Shown in pieces: positions 33,399 through 39,584 of a stretch of 44,494 nt of DNA. The position numbers and the translations under genes were made by a program. Under the pieces are notes generated by a model that saw only the letters and a list, made by a program, of their open reading frames with translations, was not told the origin of the DNA and did not search any database. Position 1 is the stretch's first letter, and each line of letters opens with the position of its first letter. Source of the DNA: a virus; IMG/VR virus record IMGVR_UViG_3300031566_000095. One strand, given 5' to 3'.

Positions 33399-33683
33399 TC
33401 ACCACCAAACGGTTCGACTGCCGTTGGGCATCTTGAGTTCGGCGATCGCCGCCTCAATTCGCCGCCGTTCCGCCGGGTCGGGCATTTCCGGAGTCGGACC
33501 CAACAAGTCACGATAGGCCGCCTCTCCGAGGACTTTTGTCATTGCTTGCTTGAATATTCTATGCGTACAGTGATATTCTTTGAGCAAAGCCGTCACCGTC
33601 ACCTGCCCGGCTTCCAGGCGCCTCGCAATGTTCCCGGCATCCGTGAAAATCCGTTCTGAGTTATCGTCATTCCATCTCGGCAT
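33399..33683 (-). CDS. Hypothetical protein (94 aa)
   Basis: The ATG directly abuts a 9-mer element. Ends at a TGA that is followed in frame by a zinc-knuckle-like sequence. Confidence 0.6.
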   Translation of the reverse strand: MPRWNDDNSERIFTDAGNIARRLEAGQVTVTALLKEYHCTHRIFKQAMTKVLGEAAYRDLLGPTPEMPDPAERRRIEAAIAELKMPNGSRTVWW

Positions 33684-33685
33684 TT

Positions 33686-33717
33686 TTGTCTGTGTCCTCT
33701 GTGCCCTCTGTGGCTAA
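33686..33717 (-). repeat. 9-mer triplet element
   Basis: ttgtctgtg tcctctgtg ccctctgtg gctaa. Confidence 0.9.
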
Positions 33718-33754
33718 AACTCCATTCAAGCAGTCCCAAAAGTCTCATTGGCGC

Positions 33755-34747
33755 TCAACAGATCTTCCTCAAACTCTCGTGCCGGCACTTTTCACATTTG
33801 CGAGGCCTGGCCGCGACCAGGTGGATGTGGCCACAAGCGCCGCATTCCCAGGCCACGCTAACGTGCTCGACCCCGGCCGGGCCCGGCTCTGTCTCTTGGC
33901 CTCGGTCCGGATTATTTTCGGCCTGCTCGATGGCGTCGGCCTTCTTTTGCTCGGCCATCGCGCGCAGCCTCTTGGCCTCGTCGGCGTGGCCGAGGAACTC
34001 TTCGACGGCCGCCGCCGCCAGCTCCTCGATCTCGTAGGTGCCCAGACGGTGATTTCGTTTATCCGTCGGCGACCAAGCCCCCGCCTTAAACGTGATAGTC
34101 CCATCCGTGCGGGTCTTGCCTTTCGTCACACCTTTGTATTGCGAGTACGTCGTGGCGGAAGCGCCTTTGTGTGACGAGCGGGCTTTGGACGGGGCCTGGG
34201 CTGGGGACGGTGGTTTATGTCCCGTCGGGATGCCGGCCTTGCCCGGGCCCGCAGGCCGGTCCGGATTATTTTCGGCATGCTCGAGCAAACCGGACAATCG
34301 CTTGACCTCCTCGGTCTTGCCCAATCGCCTGGCGACCATGATCGCGCATTGGATCTCGTCATCGAAGGTCCCCAGGTGGACCGCCTTCCCGAGTTTCCTA
34401 TCCCAATACGTGGCCTGATATTTCGCCGGGCCTTGCCGGCGAGCAATGATCGTGACGCCTTTGTACTGAGAGCGCTTCTTCGCCCACCTCCTCGGGCGAG
34501 GCCCGGGCCGGTGGGGAGGCTTGGCCTTAACCGGCTTGGGCACGTCCCGGGGCGGAATATTTTTTGGAATATTTTCCGTCTTCGCTGCGCCGCCCAGCCC
34601 CCGCGTCTGCCGGGGCGGAGCTATGGGCGTTTCAGCATCAAGCTGCCGCAGTAATTCGATGGTTTGTTTGATCGTGTCAATCCTTTGCTCGAGGGGTTGC
34701 AGCCTCGCTTCGAGATTCGCGATCGTCGTTTGAATATCTGTGGTCAT
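33755..34747 (-). CDS. Tandem AP2-domain DNA-binding protein with C-terminal zinc ribbon
   Basis: Two SQYKGVT...LGTF/LGTY AP2-like domains, each followed by AENNPDR. WECGACGH...CEKC at the C-terminus. N-terminal coiled coil. Start trimmed to 34747 (SD AAAGGAA). Confidence 0.8.
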   Translation of the reverse strand: MTTDIQTTIANLEARLQPLEQRIDTIKQTIELLRQLDAETPIAPPRQTRGLGGAAKTENIPKNIPPRDVPKPVKAKPPHRPGPRPRRWAKKRSQYKGVTIIARRQGPAKYQATYWDRKLGKAVHLGTFDDEIQCAIMVARRLGKTEEVKRLSGLLEHAENNPDRPAGPGKAGIPTGHKPPSPAQAPSKARSSHKGASATTYSQYKGVTKGKTRTDGTITFKAGAWSPTDKRNHRLGTYEIEELAAAAVEEFLGHADEAKRLRAMAEQKKADAIEQAENNPDRGQETEPGPAGVEHVSVAWECGACGHIHLVAARPRKCEKCRHESLRKIC

Positions 34748-35001
34748 CGTGATTCCTTTCGATAAAGCTGTTTGAGTAAATTTGCACACATCCGCGAGCG
34801 CAGCGCCGCGTCGAACCGCGCCTCACGCAGCTCCTTCTGCATCGCCCGCAGCCGCTCGCCTTTGACCAGGCACCAATCCCACGGGAGCTCGATCCCGAGA
34901 CATTCCGTTTTCCGCATCACTTTCTTCGCCCCGCCGGTCGGTTTGGCCGGCAACAATGTAAACCCCATCGGCCTGCTGCATTGTCCCTTCGGATCGCTCA
35001 T
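34744..35001 (-). CDS. Hypothetical protein (85 aa)
   Basis: SD AAAGGAGA. ATGA overlap with the downstream gene. Confidence 0.55.
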   Translation of the reverse strand: MSDPKGQCSRPMGFTLLPAKPTGGAKKVMRKTECLGIELPWDWCLVKGERLRAMQKELREARFDAALRSRMCANLLKQLYRKESR

Positions 35002-35051
35002 ACTGATCTCCTTTTCCTATTCCAATGTCGCCCGCGGTGACGGCTCATCAA

Positions 35052-35216
35052 TCAGATTTTCCAGATACGAGGCCGTATCTCGCGCCAGTGTTCCGATTTA
35101 CGCATTCTCAGTACCCAACGGCAGACTTGGCAGCAGTAGCCTTCGTCTTTGTGAAATTCGAGGCAAGTGCAGTTGCAGCCACAATGTGGACAATGGATGT
35201 ATTTCTGTTCAGTCAT
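35052..35216 (-). CDS. Cys-rich micro-protein (54 aa), not in the ORF track
   Basis: Hand translation: MTEQKYIHCPHCGCNCTCLEFHKDEGYCCQVCRWVLRMRKSEHWREIRPRIWKI. ATGA overlap with the upstream gene. Confidence 0.5.
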   Translation of the reverse strand: MTEQKYIHCPHCGCNCTCLEFHKDEGYCCQVCRWVLRMRKSEHWREIRPRIWKI

Positions 35217-36436
35217 TCTTTCTCGCCTTTCACGGCCCGCTCAATCTCCAAGTCTGCTAGCGATTTGCCGCAAATCTTGCAGATGACAACCCGATCCGAT
35301 GTCAAATGAGCCTCGATGTGTTGGTAAAATCGCTCATACCTCTCCAACTCCGCGATCCGCTCGACCTGGGCCAGAATCTTATCCTCTTGCTCGATGCAGA
35401 GGATCCCGCCGCTTTCGGTCTCGCAATCCGTGCGACTTCGCAATCGCTTGTTCACGGCAATCAGGCGGACAATACTTTTGTTGCGTCGATTCAAGATGTC
35501 GTTGAAATCAGCAATGTCTTTTTTGTTCGCTTCGGTCAGGCGATCAGTCTGCGCATTCAAGTCATTGGCACCACAGTCACATTCTCCGGCATACCAATCA
35601 CAGCCGGGAAGATGTTTCATGCGTATGTTCTTGTCTTTGCGTGTCCCTCGCGTGAAATCGGGCCGCTTCTCAAGCTCTGCAATCCGCTCGGCCTGGGTAT
35701 TGAGTTTGGTTCGGAGTTCTTTCATTTCACGTAACACAACATCTATGTAATAGTTTAACCTTGCGACCTCCGCGGTCAGGGTCTTCTTCTCGGCGTTCAG
35801 GCTTTTTACTTTTGCATAATTCCGGGCGTTTTGGTCCCTCGTCTCGGAGTCAATCCGTCGCATCGTAGCGATCCGCTCGGTCAGGGCCTTGTTCTCCTCC
35901 GCTAATCCAGTCGCCAGCTTTTTGTAAAGCCGTTGCGATGCTGACGCAGGTTGTTGTGCGTTGGCAAGTTCGGTGGTCAGGCGGTCGATACTTTTGTTGC
36001 GTCGATTCAAGATGTCGTTGAAATCAGCGATGTCTTTTTTGTTCTCTTTTTTTAGCCTCTCGATCTCTCCTCGTGCCACACAGGCATCATTTTCAAGTTG
36101 CACCTTATCGGCGTTCAGTTCTGCGATCCGCTCCTCTTTAGCTTGGAGTTTGGCTTGCAGTTTCCCAACCCCTTTATGTGCATCGTGGCAGTAGTCTGCA
36201 TGTATATCCGTCACCTTTTCGTTTTCAACAGTCAGGGTCTTGTTCTCGGCCACCAGTTTGTCATGAGCGTTCCAGCAATGGACAAGTCTCTCCGCGTCGG
36301 CTTTGTCATTCAAGCCACGAGACATAGTTGCAATAATCATCTGGCCCCGGCCTATCCACCGAGATATTAGTCGGTCATCGTCCCATTTCGTTTCTTTGAC
36401 TTCTAATGGCCCTTCTGTGTGTTTCGCTTCGCTCAT
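35213..36436 (-). CDS. Long coiled-coil protein with internal duplication (407 aa)
   Basis: Heptad-rich sequence. KKDIADFNDILNRRNKSI occurs twice. Start trimmed to 36436 (SD AGGAGAA). AT-richer block. Confidence 0.7.
   Translation of the reverse strand: MSEAKHTEGPLEVKETKWDDDRLISRWIGRGQMIIATMSRGLNDKADAERLVHCWNAHDKLVAENKTLTVENEKVTDIHADYCHDAHKGVGKLQAKLQAKEERIAELNADKVQLENDACVARGEIERLKKENKKDIADFNDILNRRNKSIDRLTTELANAQQPASASQRLYKKLATGLAEENKALTERIATMRRIDSETRDQNARNYAKVKSLNAEKKTLTAEVARLNYYIDVVLREMKELRTKLNTQAERIAELEKRPDFTRGTRKDKNIRMKHLPGCDWYAGECDCGANDLNAQTDRLTEANKKDIADFNDILNRRNKSIVRLIAVNKRLRSRTDCETESGGILCIEQEDKILAQVERIAELERYERFYQHIEAHLTSDRVVICKICGKSLADLEIERAVKGEKE
35461..35527. repeat. 67-nt intragenic direct repeat, copy 1
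   Basis: Near-identical to 35977..36043; the 56-nt core has 1 mismatch. Confidence 0.9.
35977..36043. repeat. 67-nt intragenic direct repeat, copy 2
   Basis: Near-identical to 35461..35527. Confidence 0.9.
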
Positions 36437-36945
36437 TTCGTTTCTCCTATCAAAACAACCTTTCTGACAATCTTTTCCGGCGGCCATTCCAGCTCAACGC
36501 CGATGATCTTCATAGTGGCCGTGACGTCCACGCCCAGGGCCTCCGGCCGGTACGTCACGTACAACCCGCCCGCGATCCTGTTCGGACCGAAGAGGTTCAC
36601 GGCGCCATAGGCGGCTACGCGATCCTCCAGTTTCGATTCGACGCGGCCCTGCCAGTAGAGGCAGCATTCCGCCTGTCTTTTCGACCATCGCGGATGCCGG
36701 GCCCACATCCGTTGGCGATGCGCTTCCAGGTCGTACTCCGCCCATTTGACGAGAATCGCTTTGCTGCAATCGATCACCGCGTCGAACATCGGCGCCGACG
36801 GCGGGCAGCCTTCCTGCCGGCCGAAATTCGGACAGCCCTTCGGGTGACCGGGATAGGGCCGCTGGCAGAGCAGCCTGACCGATGGATTGAGCACCACGTG
36901 CCTGCCCGCCAGCCGGTAATCGCAGATCTTTATCCCGTCGCTCAT
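36433..36945 (-). CDS. Cys-rich, possibly metal-binding protein (170 aa)
   Basis: CQRPYPGHPKGCPNFGRQEGCPP motif. ATGA overlaps at both ends. Confidence 0.65.
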   Translation of the reverse strand: MSDGIKICDYRLAGRHVVLNPSVRLLCQRPYPGHPKGCPNFGRQEGCPPSAPMFDAVIDCSKAILVKWAEYDLEAHRQRMWARHPRWSKRQAECCLYWQGRVESKLEDRVAAYGAVNLFGPNRIAGGLYVTYRPEALGVDVTATMKIIGVELEWPPEKIVRKVVLIGETK

Positions 36946-37196
36946 TTTTTATCCCTCTTGCGCTTCCAATGGCAGCCGCGCGACTCGCTCATCACGCCGG
37001 CGAAGTATCGCAGACGGCGGGGCCGTCGCGTATCGAACCTGGCCGGGCGCAAGAGCGGCGGCATTCGCCAATATTTGACCATCCAGCCCCAGCCGGCGTA
37101 CCGCGAATGACACGAGCCCACCACGGCACCGAAGTGTGCCAGCCATAGCAATGTCCAGTCGCGATGCGTAGGTTCAACATATTCCCATGTTGCCAT
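36942..37196 (-). CDS. Small Trp/Arg-rich protein (84 aa)
   Basis: Start trimmed to the ATG at 37196 (AGGGGA upstream). The longer ORF extends into repeat array A. Confidence 0.5.
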   Translation of the reverse strand: MATWEYVEPTHRDWTLLWLAHFGAVVGSCHSRYAGWGWMVKYWRMPPLLRPARFDTRRPRRLRYFAGVMSESRGCHWKRKRDKK

Positions 37197-37771
37197 GCTA
37201 TCCCCTGCTTTGCCGCCCCGCGCCCTTGCTTTGCTCTGCCTTTGCCATGTCACGCCTTTGCCAGGCTCGGCATTGCCTTGCTTTGCCTTTGCTTTGCGTC
37301 GCTCTGCCTCGCCATTGCCGTGCTCGGCATTGCTGTGCCTTGCCTTTGCTGAGCATTGCGGGGCCCGGCCTTGCCTTGGCCGAGCCGCGCGCTGCTTTGC
37401 CTATGCCTCGCTAAGCGAAGCTTTGCGTTGCGCCACCATGCGTTGCCTTTGCTTTGCCGGGCGGCGCCGCGCTAAGCAGTGCATCGCCCTTGCCATGCGA
37501 AGCATCGCCCTGCTGCGCCTTTGCATTGCTGCGCCGTGCTGAGCCTTTGCCAAGCTAAACAAGGCGGCGCCGGGCCCCGCCCTTGCTACGCCAAGCGTCG
37601 CACCGCCGTTGCTGTGCGCTGCAACGCTGTGCCATGCAACGCCTTTGCTATGCCTCGCATCGCGTCGCATAGCCTTGGCCACGCGATGCGATGCCTTGCC
37701 TTTGCCCTGCAGTGCGGCGCACCGCTCAGCCTTTGCTCCGCGCCGCGGAGCCAGACGGCGCCCCGCCTTTG
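37197..37771 (-). repeat. Pentamer-phased array A, poor in A on the plus strand (TGCNN plus GCCTTTGC octamers)
   Basis: Read directly. About 11 GCCTTTGC copies (37238, 37254, 37285, 37342, 37445, 37517, 37543, 37641, 37698, 37729, 37765). Very few A on the plus strand. All frames open. Confidence 0.9.
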
Positions 37772-38395
37772 CTATTCACTTGTCAATTCGCGCCAGGTAA
37801 ATCGCCCGTAGCTCGCATTTCGCCATTGGCCGAGACCCCGCAAGGCCCCGTAATTGAGCCATTGCTTGATAAAGTCTGCCAACTTTGGATTGAACCATGA
37901 AATCTCGACCGTAATGGTTGCCCCTGCCGGGATAACTTCGGAACGAGCGAGGGCGATTCGTTCACCGCGCATTGTCTGGCCGCGTAGAGGCCGTTCGAGG
38001 AATTTCAACGGCTGACCATTGAGGCCCTCTAAGACAATTCGCCTGGGCGTGACAAAAACAGCCTCGTCAATCGTGCGCCGGAATAGATACTCCGTAAGGC
38101 GAGCTTTCTTCAACTCCTCTTTGGTCAACCGTTCGGTGTGAATCATGGCGGCACACGCTTCTTTGAAGAATCCCTTGACTTGATAATCCCACAGCATGGG
38201 CTTGCCGTCCTTGCCGTCCTGATTCCGGGCAAAAATCGTGCTGGACTTTTCCACTGTCTCATCAATGGGGACAGCATCCGATTCTTCCTGACTACTTCCG
38301 TCCGGGTGTTTGCTGATGATAAACTCCTCGGCAATTTCTTTGTTGCCAGACAGAGTACCCAGCAATGGTTCTGTAAATGTAATTCTGACCTTCAT
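37772..38395 (-). CDS. Unknown-function 207-aa protein flanked by the two arrays
   Basis: Strong SD (AAAGGAAG, 7 nt from the ATG) and normal amino-acid composition. N-terminus MKVRITFTEPLLGTLSGN. C-terminal Gly-rich motif GLGQWRNASYGRF. Confidence 0.8.
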   Translation of the reverse strand: MKVRITFTEPLLGTLSGNKEIAEEFIISKHPDGSSQEESDAVPIDETVEKSSTIFARNQDGKDGKPMLWDYQVKGFFKEACAAMIHTERLTKEELKKARLTEYLFRRTIDEAVFVTPRRIVLEGLNGQPLKFLERPLRGQTMRGERIALARSEVIPAGATITVEISWFNPKLADFIKQWLNYGALRGLGQWRNASYGRFTWRELTSE

Positions 38396-38435
38396 AATGG
38401 CACTTCCTTTCGTAAATTGTTTGAATTACTTTTTT

Positions 38436-38458
38436 CTCCGGACCCCAAAGGTCCGGAG
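38436..38458 (-). other. 9-bp GC-rich hairpin between array B and the 207-aa gene
   Basis: ctccggacc-ccaaa-ggtccggag. The flanking A/T runs are on the wrong side for a canonical terminator. Confidence 0.6.
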
Positions 38459-38476
38459 CACTCATCCAAAAACATC

Positions 38477-39300
38477 CTGCTTTGCCTTTGCCCCGCTGCG
38501 CAACGCCAAACATCGCCGTTGCCAAGCCCGGCGCCGCCGCGCTTCGCCTTTGCCTTACTCTGCTTTGCCATGCTTTGCCTTTGCGGTGCGTCGCGGCGCT
38601 TTGCCTCGCCTTTGCCCTGCTATGCTCTGCGTTGCTCGGCCTTTGCGGTGCGCCGCGACGCGACGCCACGCCACGCCTTTACCCTGCCCAGCGACGCCGC
38701 GCTGCGCCTTTGCATTGCTGTGCCTTTGCCCTGCGACGCCATGCTTCGCCTTTGCCGCGCCTTGCACGGCATTGCCATGCCATTACTTTGCCTTTGCCGT
38801 GCCACGCCAGGCACTGCCGCGCTGCGCCTAGCCTTGGCCACGCGAAGCCAAGCATGGCCAGGCCTTTGCCTTGCTGCACCTTTGCGCTGCCCCGCTGTGC
38901 GGCGCGCTGCCTTTGCTTTGCTCGGCTTTGCCATGCAGAGCCTTCGCCAGGCCCAACCACGCCGCGCCGTTGCTGTGCGCTGCCCTGCTTTGCCTTTGCA
39001 TTGCGTTGCTCTGCTTTGCCTTTGCATTGCGTTGCTCTGCTTTGCCTTTGCATTGCTCTGCCTCGCGTTGCTCTGCTTTGCCTTGCCTCGCCTCTGCGAA
39101 GCGATGCAGCGCTGCACCTTGCCTCGCCTTTGCGAAGCCCCGCGCCGCCATGCCCCACAGAGCCTATGCTTGGCGAAGCTGCGCTGTGCACTGCCCTGCC
39201 TGTGCTTGGCCCTGCGGTGCCATGCCAGGCATCGCCTTTGCAAAGCGCTGCGCTGCCGGGCGCAGCCGAGCGCTGCGTTGCCTTTGCCTCGCGCCGTGCC
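38477..39300 (-). repeat. Pentamer-phased array B, poor in A on the plus strand (TGCNN plus GCCTTTGC octamers)
   Basis: About 17 GCCTTTGC copies, five of them 31 bp apart (38546-38706). 38581-38640 contains a single A. Six overlapping ORFs of 107-389 aa across all six frames. Confidence 0.9.
38986..39056 (-). repeat. Exact 26-bp tandem duplication inside array B
   Basis: tgctttgcctttgcattgcgttgctc at 38986-39011 and 39012-39037, plus 19 nt of a third copy. Confidence 0.95.
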
Positions 39301-39379
39301 ATCATGATTTTCCATGTCACTCTATCGCCCCGGCCGTTCATAAGTCCTTATTCCGCCAAGACAACCGATGTGGTCTTGT

Positions 39380-39410
39380 AAAAAAAAAATCAAACGTTTC
39401 CCGAAACCGC
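39380..39410 (-). terminator. Possible terminator after the replication-type gene
   Basis: On the gene strand, an imperfect hairpin CGGTTTCGGGAAACG is followed by TTTGATTTTTTTTTT (T10). Confidence 0.4.
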
Positions 39411-39584
39411 AGGGCGTTTATCCGCTGGGCCGCAGGGGCCAGGGAGGACCCATGATATAAGAGGCGGTTCCTACACGACTTACGCCTGCTCTTCGAGCCA
39501 TCGCAACAGCAGACACATAACATTGCACACTCATGTTAAAACCTCATGCCCATTGACCTTACATAGCCTTACATCGCTTCGGCC

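Noticed and set aside
33296-33511. 71-aa minus-strand ORF
   Set aside because: Arg-rich composition, and it overlaps the end of 33399..33683 in another frame. It is probably an artefact.
834-33717. 9-mer and heptad elements as coding repeats (TEDTEK, HRGHRE, NRKSQI peptides)
   Set aside because: The same DNA motif is traversed in different frames and orientations, or lies between genes. Conservation is therefore at the nucleotide level.
38436-38458. Rho-independent terminator between array B and the 207-aa gene
   Set aside because: The hairpin is strong, but the U-tract would be on the wrong side for either direction. It is recorded only as a stem-loop.
37197-39300. CRISPR array
   Set aside because: The only conserved unit is an 8-mer (GCCTTTGC) at variable spacing of 16-108 nt. 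There is no repeat of 20 nt or more, the spacers are themselves pentamer repeats, and there are no cas genes.
37197-39300. Pentapeptide-repeat protein (15-nt periodicity)
   Set aside because: The translations lack the A(D/N)LXX consensus with a central Leu/Phe. The periodicity is 5 nt with frequent 6-nt units, so no reading frame is maintained.
38138-39381. Long ORFs inside array B (38138..39307+, 38310..38831+, 38482..39381+, 38620..39315-, 38679..39341-, 38828..39151-) and their counterparts in array A
   Set aside because: All six frames are open simultaneously because of base composition. The translations are low-complexity, there are no convincing SD sequences, and the exact tandem unit is 26 nt. 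I treat them as non-coding, though translation is not strictly excluded.
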